This document shows positions 26,409 to 34,610 of a DNA stretch of 64,000 bases, in pieces. How positions within the stretch are numbered: the first letter of the stretch is position 1; each line of letters starts with the position of its first letter. The notes beneath the pieces were generated by a model. The model saw only the letters and a program-made list of their open reading frames with translations, did no database searches and was not told the DNA's origin. Made by a program: the position numbers and the translations under genes. The DNA is from a virus, in IMG/VR virus record IMGVR_UViG_3300045988_159115; one strand, 5' to 3'.

Positions 26409-26465
26409 TATACCTCCTTTCTTTGATTATATATTATAAAGGTAATCAATAAGAAAGGAGGTATA
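26409..26465 (+). promoter_or_regulatory. 15-bp perfect inverted repeat whose right arm is the SD of gene 26470 (anti-SD hairpin)
   Basis: TATACCTCCTTTCTT (26409-26423) pairs with AAGAAAGGAGGTATA (26451-26465). The 27-nt loop contains class A motif 26429-26438. Confidence 0.6.
26429..26438 (+). promoter_or_regulatory. class A motif ATATATTATA
   Basis: Exact 10-mer (TGATTATATATTATAA); 31 nt upstream of ATG 26470. It lies in the loop of inverted repeat 26409-26465. Confidence 0.6.
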
Positions 26466-26469
26466 TATT

Positions 26470-26679
26470 ATGGCACGTACTAGCTATGTAAAAGGCGACA
26501 GCAACTATACATCACTAACATGTAAGTTGCTGTCGCCTGTTGCAGACTACGCTGAAGTCTCACGAGATGAACTGACGCGTAGTTTCACCAGCCAGATGTC
26601 TAGGTTTAATAGTAATGGCGTATTTGGTAAGTATTTAGCTACATCTCCAAATATGGACCAAACTATTAGCCTCGTCTAA
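26470..26679 (+). CDS. small hypothetical protein
   Basis: Track ORF; AAAGGAGG SD, which is one arm of a 15-bp inverted repeat. Class A motif at 26429. Confidence 0.6.
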   Translation: MARTSYVKGDSNYTSLTCKLLSPVADYAEVSRDELTRSFTSQMSRFNSNGVFGKYLATSPNMDQTISLV

Positions 26680-26685
26680 TGGCTG

Positions 26686-26728
26686 AAAAGAAAGAGTGGG
26701 AGCGATACACTTTCACTCTTTCTTTTTT
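26686..26728. terminator. bidirectional terminator between convergent genes
   Basis: AAAAGAAAGAGTG / CACTCTTTCTTTTTT. Confidence 0.8.
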
Positions 26729-26751
26729 GTAAGTTTATCAATAGAAAAATG

Positions 26752-27981
26752 TTAGTAGTCTAATTCTTCCTTATCCACGATAATCTCAGAAGGAGATACC
26801 GTAGACAGTTTTGCTTTCAGAGCAGGAATAATAGTATCGTACATGACTCTGTAAAGTTCCTTATTCTCTGTAAATGCTTCATGCACATTTCGTCCAGGGA
26901 ACTTCAAATCCTTCCGGTCGCCAAAGTAATAGCCATTGATGTTACCACCAAGCATACCGATTTCCTTCGCATAGTTGATAGACGAACGAATGGAGTCGTA
27001 TCCATGTACCTTGTCAAAAACAAGAGGCACAGAGACGCCATCGGTATTACTTCGGTTTTTGACGAAATATGCCGAAACGCCAAATCCATCAAATCCATTG
27101 GTTGCAACTTCATATTTTTCGCTACCAATAGAGGTAAGACGAATCATGGTATTGGTGTAATACTGAAGAGCCTTACCAGCAGGAAGAGTTTCGTTCTGCT
27201 TCAGACCACGCATCTCAGCAGGCTGAGGAACACCCATGCTAATCTTATCTTTGATGTGGTTAATCATGATAAGAATGATATTGGCGGCCTTCAGCATCTG
27301 CATGATTTCTTTCAGGAAACGAGTCATCAGTCCAGCGAAACGAGAACTATCAGTCTGAGAAGAAATAGAATCCATCTCAGCCTGACCATCCTTCGTGTTC
27401 TCATTGATGAAAGAAGACATAGATGCGACAGAGTCGATGATGATGACGGTAGGCACGTAGACGTAGACCTTGTCACCGAATTCATCAACTTCACCAGTAT
27501 CATACTTAAACTGATCTGGATTTGCAGTCTTTGTACGATACAGCTCAGCAATCGTCTTCTTGATCTCTTCAATGGATACACCGAGCTGACGAACGATGTA
27601 TTTACCATTACGAAGTTCTTCTGGAGTAAATCTGCTCAAGGCAGAAATACGAGTCATATTCGTACCACCCTCAAGGTCGAAATGGATAACGAATCCATTG
27701 TCGAAAGGACGGACGATACTAGATCCAATCTGAGTAGCAAAAGTAGTTTTACCAACGTGGGTCTTACCGATAATCGTAACGATAGAACCACAGGTCACGC
27801 CGATAGAAGGATATACTTCTTTCACGTTTCCATCAGCGTCAAATACATTTACGTTGAAACCCATTGAATAATCGAGAGCAGGGAAACCTGTCCGATATGC
27901 AGTGAATGTGGAATTTGTAGTAAACATGTTTCCGATTTTAGCATTACTACGCAATGCTTCCAGTAAAATATTCTTACCCAT
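26752..27981 (-). CDS. RecA-superfamily recombinase (UvsX/RecA-like)
   Basis: Walker A GKTHVGKTTFATQIGS at about aa 70 and Walker B VIIIDSVASM. Size and motif spacing are RecA-like. Class B motif at 28009-28020. Confidence 0.75.
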   Translation of the reverse strand: MGKNILLEALRSNAKIGNMFTTNSTFTAYRTGFPALDYSMGFNVNVFDADGNVKEVYPSIGVTCGSIVTIIGKTHVGKTTFATQIGSSIVRPFDNGFVIHFDLEGGTNMTRISALSRFTPEELRNGKYIVRQLGVSIEEIKKTIAELYRTKTANPDQFKYDTGEVDEFGDKVYVYVPTVIIIDSVASMSSFINENTKDGQAEMDSISSQTDSSRFAGLMTRFLKEIMQMLKAANIILIMINHIKDKISMGVPQPAEMRGLKQNETLPAGKALQYYTNTMIRLTSIGSEKYEVATNGFDGFGVSAYFVKNRSNTDGVSVPLVFDKVHGYDSIRSSINYAKEIGMLGGNINGYYFGDRKDLKFPGRNVHEAFTENKELYRVMYDTIIPALKAKLSTVSPSEIIVDKEELDY

Positions 27982-28008
27982 AATTGAGCACTCCTTTTCT
28001 CTCAGGTC

Positions 28009-28020
28009 TTACTGAGCTGT
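28009..28020 (-). promoter_or_regulatory. class B motif ACA-N6-TAA
   Basis: Reverse complement TTTTAACAGCTCAGTAA; 27 nt upstream of the RecA-like ATG 27981, after terminator 28035-28085. Confidence 0.55.
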
Positions 28021-28034
28021 TAAAATGAGCATGC

Positions 28035-28085
28035 AAAAACAGGAGACGCTATCTAGACTAGGCTTGTCATAGATAACGTCTCCTG
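28035..28085 (-). terminator. intrinsic terminator (minus strand)
   Basis: CAGGAGACGCTATCT / AGATAACGTCTCCTG, with an A-run on the plus strand that gives a T-run on the minus strand. Confidence 0.8.
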
Positions 28086-28095
28086 ATAAATGATC

Positions 28096-29292
28096 TTAAA
28101 GAATAATAGTGATTTTATCTATTGCTCGTGTAATTGCTGTGTATTGAAGTTTTTTATATAGATTGTCAGGGAAATTCTGGAATCTGCTTTCGTTGACAAG
28201 CAGCACACGATTATACTGACTACCCTGAGAAAGATGAGTTGTGATAGCATAAGCATACTCAAATTTATTGAGCTGATTATATTTATCCATCCCATCATTC
28301 TGGGTTCCCGGGTCAGCTTTCATCGCAGGTAAGTCAACTTTTAGATTTCGGAATTGCTTTTCTGGAGGAAGGAAGTCTGGGTGGAAATCAATTGTCAGAT
28401 ACTGACTATTCCTATTCTGGTCATCAATATATGTGATTTCTCCAGCAGTTCCATTCGTCAAGAAAAGGATGTGATCAATCGTTCGTTTCCAGTTATTTTT
28501 TCTGCAAATGACTCGCTCTCCAAGAACCGGATTATCTTCTTGCTTCTTTCGATAGAATTCTTTCCGATAGAAATTATTGATCAATCCACGCATTTTATTA
28601 GAATACGTAAGAGTGATATCATGCTTCTTAAGAAGTTCTCTCGTTACTTTTGTATCATGACCGAATACGATGGAATCTCCGTACGTACCAGGTTCCAGTG
28701 GTCTATTATTTAGAACGCATTGGGATAGGTAGATGATTGGATTTCCCTCTTCTTGTCGCATGATTTGAGTAAGATGATAATCTGGCTCTGTAAGGAAGAA
28801 AGCACCTCCAATAACAGGAGGCAACTGATTTAAGTCACCCATAGCAATAACTGGGATATTATAACTGAGAAGGTCTTGTGCAATCTCAGCAGATACCATA
28901 GATGCTTCGTCGACTACAATGAGCTTGTAATCTTTTTGAAGCGTTTCTTTTTTACGAAAAATCCACTTCTGAATGACTTTATTCTTATCGTCAAATTGGT
29001 AATGACCTTCGTCATCAAGAATTGGCACTTTCACATAGTCGTAGATTAAGCTATGAATCGTTTGAGCGGGTAAGCCGTTTCGAGCCATGACCATTGCGGC
29101 TTTTCCCATGAAAGCAGTGAAAGCACAGTCGCTAATATCGAGTCCAATGGAATCTATGAAGAAGTTCACTAGAAAAGTTTTTCCTGCTCCACTCACTCCA
29201 GATAACTCGAATACTTGCTCATCGTGTCTTTCCCACCAGTTCTGTATTAGAAAAAGAGCTTGTGCTTGATCTCTATTCAATTCAATTCCCAT
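28096..29292 (-). CDS. SF1 DNA helicase (Dda/RecD-like)
   Basis: GVSGAGKTFLV, LIVVDEASMV, GDLNQLPPV, YAITTHLSQGSQY, LQYTAITRA. Confidence 0.85.
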   Translation of the reverse strand: MGIELNRDQAQALFLIQNWWERHDEQVFELSGVSGAGKTFLVNFFIDSIGLDISDCAFTAFMGKAAMVMARNGLPAQTIHSLIYDYVKVPILDDEGHYQFDDKNKVIQKWIFRKKETLQKDYKLIVVDEASMVSAEIAQDLLSYNIPVIAMGDLNQLPPVIGGAFFLTEPDYHLTQIMRQEEGNPIIYLSQCVLNNRPLEPGTYGDSIVFGHDTKVTRELLKKHDITLTYSNKMRGLINNFYRKEFYRKKQEDNPVLGERVICRKNNWKRTIDHILFLTNGTAGEITYIDDQNRNSQYLTIDFHPDFLPPEKQFRNLKVDLPAMKADPGTQNDGMDKYNQLNKFEYAYAITTHLSQGSQYNRVLLVNESRFQNFPDNLYKKLQYTAITRAIDKITIIL

Positions 29293-29367
29293 AGGGATAT
29301 TTTCCTCCTTGCTCTTCTTTTTAGCTTATGATTTCTGTTTTTACCTCTATCTGAACCCACTATGAAA

Positions 29368-29379
29368 ACAGAATTTTAA
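29368..29379 (+). promoter_or_regulatory. class B motif ACA-N6-TAA
   Basis: TGAAAACAGAATTTTAA; 27 nt upstream of ATG 29407. Confidence 0.55.
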
Positions 29380-29406
29380 GCACATTGACTAAGGAGGGAA
29401 ACTAAT

Positions 29407-29772
29407 ATGTCGATTACTGGATTTGATATGATCTATTCTATAGATAATCAAGAGTATGGATACGTTCCTGAGGACTTTAAACCGAAGCGTCGTCAGGAAC
29501 GTATTAGCCTTGTTGTCCCTCGTATTATGGGTGCTCTCACTGCTACGGGAACTGCAAATATTACTGGTAATAAGCTCTTTGCAAATGGAAAAGAGTGTAA
29601 GATCAATTTTAATAAGAGCATTAAATTTGGTAAGGCATTCACAGTAGAGCTTCAGGATAGTAATACTTGGATTGATAAAATTGATAAGGATGGTAATGTC
29701 GTAAAGGGCAAGAAGTTCACCGTTGATTTTATCAATGGAAATATTCAGTATCCGTATGCAACCACAAAGTAA
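29407..29772 (+). CDS. hypothetical protein
   Basis: Track ORF; AAGGAGGG SD; class B motif at 29368. Confidence 0.65.
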   Translation: MSITGFDMIYSIDNQEYGYVPEDFKPKRRQERISLVVPRIMGALTATGTANITGNKLFANGKECKINFNKSIKFGKAFTVELQDSNTWIDKIDKDGNVVKGKKFTVDFINGNIQYPYATTK

Positions 29773-29787
29773 TTAGGAGGATATCCC

Positions 29788-30186
29788 ATGTATATGACAT
29801 CACAAGGTGAGAAACCTACAGGAGAATGCTATCTGATTCCTCCAGACGACAACGGAGTTGCTTGGCTGGTTGCCCATTATTATGATGGGACCAATGTCAA
29901 GCTGATTCGTTTCAGAAAACCTGAGAAATCTCCTAAGAGTGATTCTCCTATGCAACGAATGTATGACCTCGAAGATAATCAGCTGAAGCTTGCTCAAGTT
30001 CTTACAGTTGCTCAGACTGTTATCATGAGTTTGACTGGCGTAAATATTGATTCTGCTGGTAATCTTCCGAAGGTTATTTCTGATCTTACTGCTATCAAGG
30101 GCGCTCGAAATGGCCTGAATAATATGGGAGATGCGGAATACGTTGTGACAAACGTTGAGCAGCTCCTGAATCAGAGAGGATGGTGA
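29788..30186 (+). CDS. hypothetical protein
   Basis: Track ORF; TAGGAGG SD; same operon as 29407. Confidence 0.65.
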   Translation: MYMTSQGEKPTGECYLIPPDDNGVAWLVAHYYDGTNVKLIRFRKPEKSPKSDSPMQRMYDLEDNQLKLAQVLTVAQTVIMSLTGVNIDSAGNLPKVISDLTAIKGARNGLNNMGDAEYVVTNVEQLLNQRGW

Positions 30187-30189
30187 GTT

Positions 30190-30594
30190 ATGGCAGATCA
30201 GTATTATGCAACGATCAGTGAGCTTATTCGATCAATTGATCACGAAGAGATCAGTTATCGAAATCTGCATACGACTTTCTGTATTCGTGAAAATGGTACA
30301 GATACAATCCAAGTTCCATATAAATCAATTATCCGTGAGTACATTGACCTTATGAATGAGGATGCTGTGAGTGTGAAGCTCCCTGATGATGAAGTCCGTA
30401 TTTATCAGTATAAGCCGAAGAAGCTTTCTCTTGATCTATATGGGACGACAGAACTTTGGGCTGGACTTCTTGAGCTCAATCACATGTATTCTATCTTGAA
30501 CTTCGATTGTCTGAAGCCTTTCCTCGTATTTAATCCGGGCACGGTAAGAAAGAAGATCAACGAGATTCTGATTGCTGAAGAAGTTATTAAGTGA
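30190..30594 (+). CDS. hypothetical protein
   Basis: Track ORF; 3 nt after the previous stop. Terminator 30598-30637 follows. Confidence 0.65.
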   Translation: MADQYYATISELIRSIDHEEISYRNLHTTFCIRENGTDTIQVPYKSIIREYIDLMNEDAVSVKLPDDEVRIYQYKPKKLSLDLYGTTELWAGLLELNHMYSILNFDCLKPFLVFNPGTVRKKINEILIAEEVIK

Positions 30595-30597
30595 ATT

Positions 30598-30637
30598 AAA
30601 GTACCAGACTATCAATTCTCAAGTAGTCTGGTACTTT
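30598..30637 (+). terminator. intrinsic terminator
   Basis: AAAGTACCAGACT / AGTCTGGTACTTT. Confidence 0.8.
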
Positions 30638-30642
30638 AATTT

Positions 30643-30652
30643 ATATATTATA
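30643..30652 (+). promoter_or_regulatory. class A motif ATATATTATA
   Basis: Exact 10-mer just after terminator 30598-30637; 33 nt upstream of the ligase ATG 30686. Confidence 0.6.
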
Positions 30653-30685
30653 TAATAGACGAAATATCAAGGAGGTAATAATCAA

Positions 30686-32818
30686 ATGGCATTAAACGTC
30701 AATTTCAATGACCTTTATCAGAGAATGGTTGATGGCGAAACTTCTGTTGCTGAAGCATCCAGATTCATGCAATCGCCTGAAGTTCATAAGCTCATCAATT
30801 CTCTGGTCTACAAAAAGTCCATTGATCAGATGGTTCCTTTCTACCCTGAGGAACTTCAAAATATTCAGGGTATTATCAACGTGGCGCAGTTCATCTATAA
30901 CGATTCTGGAATGGATACTGGACTTACCGATTCGGAATATGATGCACTTTATGAAGCAATGCTTCGTAATGGTGGAGACGATATCATCACGGTACCGATT
31001 CTTCCGAATGCAAATAATATTGCGCATCATAAGTACCCGTCTCTTCGTGGTACTCTGACGAAGACCTACTATCTTTCCACAGATGAGAAGCGCACAAATC
31101 CGTCTCGCCATTATCTGGATGAATGGATTCAGACGATGGAGAATAAGATCTATCAAGCAACCGGGAAGCAGATGTATCTCAATGATGAAGAGATCTATGT
31201 TTTCCCGAAGTTTGATGGAGTCTCCGGCATCTTTGAGATGAATGCTGACGGAACGATCGGCAGAGTTCTTACTCGTGGATTCACTGAGCGAAACGAGGCT
31301 CAGGATATCACACGTCATTTCCAAGGTCTTCCTATCCGTAAGTATCATGAAATCAATGGTGCTTATGGTTTGAAGACAGAGGTCATGATGTATGAATCCG
31401 ACCTTGCAAAGTTCAATGAGACGTATCATACGGATTACAAGAATACCCGATCCATCGTATCTGGTATTCTGAATAGTGAAGAATATGACCCGTATAAGGC
31501 ACAGTATCTTCACGTAGTTCCTCTTCGTGTTGGAGATCTGGATGGTAATCAGGAACTTGCACAGGAAGCTTTCAATCTGTACCCGTATCTTCGTTGCCGT
31601 CTGAAAGACCGTGAAGCAATCAGAAATTTCGCCTATTCTCATCGTTATATTCATGATGAACTTCGGTGTGATGGTGCAGTTATCTATATCATCAATCCCG
31701 AGATTCAGAAGATTCTTGGACGCGAGAATGATAAGAATAACTTCGAAGTGGCTTACAAGTTCACGGAAGAATCTGCTATGACGATTCTGGAAGACGTCTC
31801 TTTCAATATGGGTTCTTTTGGAAGACTAGCTCCGGTTGCAAAGGTGAAGCCGGTTAAGCTAAAGGGAAACACCATTGAGAAAGTTTCTCTTGGGTCTGTT
31901 GGTCGATTCCGTTCTTTGAAGCTTCATGAGGGTGACAAGGTTAAGATTCTTTACGACATCATTCCGTATCTTGCCTTCGATAAAGACTGCTCTCATAACT
32001 ATGATGGGAAACAGTTCGTCCTTCCTGCAACCTGTCCTGAGTGTGGAGAGATTCTGGAATTCAGTGACACTGGTGATGTTGCATCCTGTGTCAATCCGAA
32101 CTGTGCATGCAGACGGATTGGTAAGATCATTAATTATCTCAATAAGATGAGTATTGATGGTCTTTCTTACGGAGTTATCTCCAGACTCTATCATGAAGGC
32201 ATTGTGAAGAATGTCGTTGATCTCTATAAGCTTGACAAGCACAAGAAGGAGATTATCGGGATTGATGGCTTTGGTCCAAAGCTTGTGAATTCTTGGATTG
32301 ACGCAATCGAGGAAAAGTCTGCCGTCGAGGATTATATCTTCCTTGGGTCTCTTGGCATTGAGGGAGTATCTAAGAAGACTTTCTCGAAGATCATGAATGT
32401 CATGACTTTGGATGAGCTCTTGGATGTTTGTGAGAATAAGCTTCCTCACTCTCTCATCTCGATTCCTTCTATTCAGGCAAAGACAGCTGAGAAAATTATC
32501 GCAGGTGTCAATGCCAATATCAAGCTCATTGAGAAACTGGAGAAGTATCTGAATATCAAGTCAACGAAGGGTAGTGAAGATCGGTGCAAGTTTGCAGTCT
32601 GCTTTACTATGATCCGAGATAAGAGTTTGGAGAAATGGATCCTTGAGCATGACGGCAGGGTTGATGCAACCTTGACAAAAGCAACCACATTCCTTGTGGT
32701 CCCGTCTCTGGATACAACTTCCGATAAAGTTGAGAAAGCCAAGAAATACGGAGCTTATGTGATTCCGATTGACAAGGCAATCGAAACTTTCACGAGATAT
32801 ATTTCAAGCATTGAGTAA
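30686..32818 (+). CDS. ligA: NAD-dependent DNA ligase
   Basis: Adenylation motif FPKFDGVSG (KxDG), Zn finger CPECGEILEF..CVNPNC, an HhH-like region, and a C-terminal BRCT-like CKFAVCFTMIRDKSLEKWILEHDGRV. About 710 aa, typical LigA length. Confidence 0.88.
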   Translation: MALNVNFNDLYQRMVDGETSVAEASRFMQSPEVHKLINSLVYKKSIDQMVPFYPEELQNIQGIINVAQFIYNDSGMDTGLTDSEYDALYEAMLRNGGDDIITVPILPNANNIAHHKYPSLRGTLTKTYYLSTDEKRTNPSRHYLDEWIQTMENKIYQATGKQMYLNDEEIYVFPKFDGVSGIFEMNADGTIGRVLTRGFTERNEAQDITRHFQGLPIRKYHEINGAYGLKTEVMMYESDLAKFNETYHTDYKNTRSIVSGILNSEEYDPYKAQYLHVVPLRVGDLDGNQELAQEAFNLYPYLRCRLKDREAIRNFAYSHRYIHDELRCDGAVIYIINPEIQKILGRENDKNNFEVAYKFTEESAMTILEDVSFNMGSFGRLAPVAKVKPVKLKGNTIEKVSLGSVGRFRSLKLHEGDKVKILYDIIPYLAFDKDCSHNYDGKQFVLPATCPECGEILEFSDTGDVASCVNPNCACRRIGKIINYLNKMSIDGLSYGVISRLYHEGIVKNVVDLYKLDKHKKEIIGIDGFGPKLVNSWIDAIEEKSAVEDYIFLGSLGIEGVSKKTFSKIMNVMTLDELLDVCENKLPHSLISIPSIQAKTAEKIIAGVNANIKLIEKLEKYLNIKSTKGSEDRCKFAVCFTMIRDKSLEKWILEHDGRVDATLTKATTFLVVPSLDTTSDKVEKAKKYGAYVIPIDKAIETFTRYISSIE

Positions 32819-32827
32819 GGTGTAACA

Positions 32828-32873
32828 AAAGTTTGACGATGGATTGAACGAAATCAATCCATCGTCAAACTTT
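32828..32873 (+). terminator. intrinsic terminator
   Basis: 20-bp stem AAAGTTTGACGATGGATTGA / TCAATCCATCGTCAAACTTT. Confidence 0.8.
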
Positions 32874-32937
32874 CCCTACTCGAAGAAGAATGCAGGTCAT
32901 TTAATATAACTGTTTTTGTAGGAGGTCTATTTTCAGT

Positions 32938-33114
32938 ATGAAGAAGTTTTCTAAGAAAGCTTTTAAGAAAGCATTCATTCAGCATTTCTGTAATCATGAA
33001 TGGTTTCCGAAGCACGTTGGTGATGGATATATCGTTTACGTCTGCCAGAAATGTGGGAAGACGATGTCAGAAGAAGCGATGTATGAGAAAGAGTTTAACT
33101 TAGACAAGTTCTAA
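32938..33114 (+). CDS. 58-aa Lys-rich zinc-ribbon-like peptide
   Basis: Not in the track. GTAGGAGG SD, though the spacing is long at 13 nt. CNH...CQKCG. Confidence 0.4.
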   Translation: MKKFSKKAFKKAFIQHFCNHEWFPKHVGDGYIVYVCQKCGKTMSEEAMYEKEFNLDKF

Positions 33115-33134
33115 TTTGGTTCTTATTACGTGAT

Positions 33135-33146
33135 ACAATTAGTTAT
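33135..33146 (+). promoter_or_regulatory. class B variant (ACA-N6-TAT)
   Basis: GATACAATTAGTTATTAA; 67 nt upstream of ATG 33214. Confidence 0.4.
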
Positions 33147-33213
33147 TAATAACCCTAGTGTAGTCCTGTTCGCTGGGGCCTTTTCAATAACTATAGAAAG
33201 AGGTACACGTAAA

Positions 33214-33636
33214 ATGAAAACCGATATTGCTGGTCTCGCAAGTTTCTATAAAAATGAGGCATGGAAGGACAATGAAGCGATTCAGAATAACTTCTCCATC
33301 CGTGTGAAGCCTTCCAACGTGAACGATCAGACGTCTCATGCCTCTATCACAATCACCATGACTCCCAAGTCTCAGCCGGATAAGGAGCTGTCTGCTTCTC
33401 TCTACATTGTGGAGAGCAACATGAAGGTTCGTAATCCGAAGACTGGTCAGGCTGCTGATGACTATACTCGCGTGGCCGTTATCTTCGTGAACAACCATTC
33501 TCACACTGTCATTTTCTCTTCCCTGTCCAAGAACGCTCTGGAGAAGAGCCAGAAGTACGTCATCCAGTATTTCCTGAAGCGTGCTTCTTACACCGATCCC
33601 AGCGTTCTGCCTGATAAGCCTGCTGACGAGGCTTAA
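33214..33636 (+). CDS. probably abundant 140-aa protein, function unknown
   Basis: Track ORF 33130-33636; GAAAGAGG SD plus ATG 33214; G/C-ending codons. Variant class B motif at 33135. Confidence 0.7.
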   Translation: MKTDIAGLASFYKNEAWKDNEAIQNNFSIRVKPSNVNDQTSHASITITMTPKSQPDKELSASLYIVESNMKVRNPKTGQAADDYTRVAVIFVNNHSHTVIFSSLSKNALEKSQKYVIQYFLKRASYTDPSVLPDKPADEA

Positions 33637-33657
33637 AACCAAACCATGATTTCACTT

Positions 33658-33667
33658 ATATATTATA
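33658..33667 (+). promoter_or_regulatory. class A motif ATATATTATA
   Basis: Exact 10-mer; 133 nt upstream of ATG 33801. The leader contains an imperfect hairpin at about 33683-33741. Confidence 0.55.
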
Positions 33668-33800
33668 TATAGGTGATGAAGATGAGCTTACTGCAATTTG
33701 TGTGTTAGAAATTCATTTTAGCATACACTTTGTAGTAAGCTCGTTTTATCATGAGAACGAACGTAAACCCAATGAGAAACTTTGAAAGGAAGTACCAACT

Positions 33801-34514
33801 ATGGCAACGAAATCTCAGGCGTGGTTCGACGAATGTGTCGTCGACAACAAGAAGGAGCTTCTGGATATCGGTGAACTTGCAAATCACTTGATCCACGATT
33901 CCCTGTCTTTGGGTATCTCTGACCCGAAGACTACTGTGGCGATTTATGCCACGATCTTCGATGCTATCACCGATGTGGTGGCATCCAAGGAAGCAAACTA
34001 CGACCACTATGATCTGAACGTAGCGAATCGCTTCCTCATCGGTTATGATACGACCGATAACAAGGAGGACGAGAAGTCTGGCAACTTCATGGTCTACATG
34101 CAGCACATGGAAGCCACTCAGTCCGATAACTCCATTGATGACGACAACGATGATACCATCTCTCTGTGCGTCCAGTGGAATGCAAACAACATCAAGGAGC
34201 AGCAGGATGTTCTGAAGGATGTCGCCGGTAAGGCAAAGATCAAGATGGGCGACATCATCAACATCAAGCTGGAGAGCCATGAGTTCATCCTGCCGCTGTT
34301 CTGCATCATTCACGCATGTATCGTAAACTATGTGCGTCTGCGTCGTCGTGAAGAGAACGTGTCGGACTACAACATCAACGTTGCTGGCCTGTATACCATT
34401 GGCTGCCAGGTTGATGATGAGTCCAATGAAGAGATCTACTATACCCCGTCCATCAGCCTGAAGCTGAAATTTAAGAACGATGCTAAGGCAACTGGCGTAA
34501 AGGACGAGGACTAA
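33801..34514 (+). CDS. probably abundant acidic 237-aa protein, function unknown
   Basis: Track ORF; GAAAGGAAG SD; G/C-ending codons. Class A motif at 33658 with a 133-nt leader. Terminator 34547-34594 follows. Confidence 0.75.
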   Translation: MATKSQAWFDECVVDNKKELLDIGELANHLIHDSLSLGISDPKTTVAIYATIFDAITDVVASKEANYDHYDLNVANRFLIGYDTTDNKEDEKSGNFMVYMQHMEATQSDNSIDDDNDDTISLCVQWNANNIKEQQDVLKDVAGKAKIKMGDIINIKLESHEFILPLFCIIHACIVNYVRLRRREENVSDYNINVAGLYTIGCQVDDESNEEIYYTPSISLKLKFKNDAKATGVKDED

Positions 34515-34546
34515 TCCTCGATAAAGTACCACAACGGTAACACGGT

Positions 34547-34594
34547 GGGCTGATATGATAATTCGAAAGAAATCATATCAGCCCATTATTTTTT
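34547..34594 (+). terminator. intrinsic terminator
   Basis: GGGCTGATATGAT / ATCATATCAGCCC followed by ATTATTTTTT. Confidence 0.8.
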
Positions 34595-34610
34595 CAGGAG
34601 GAAGCCACAA

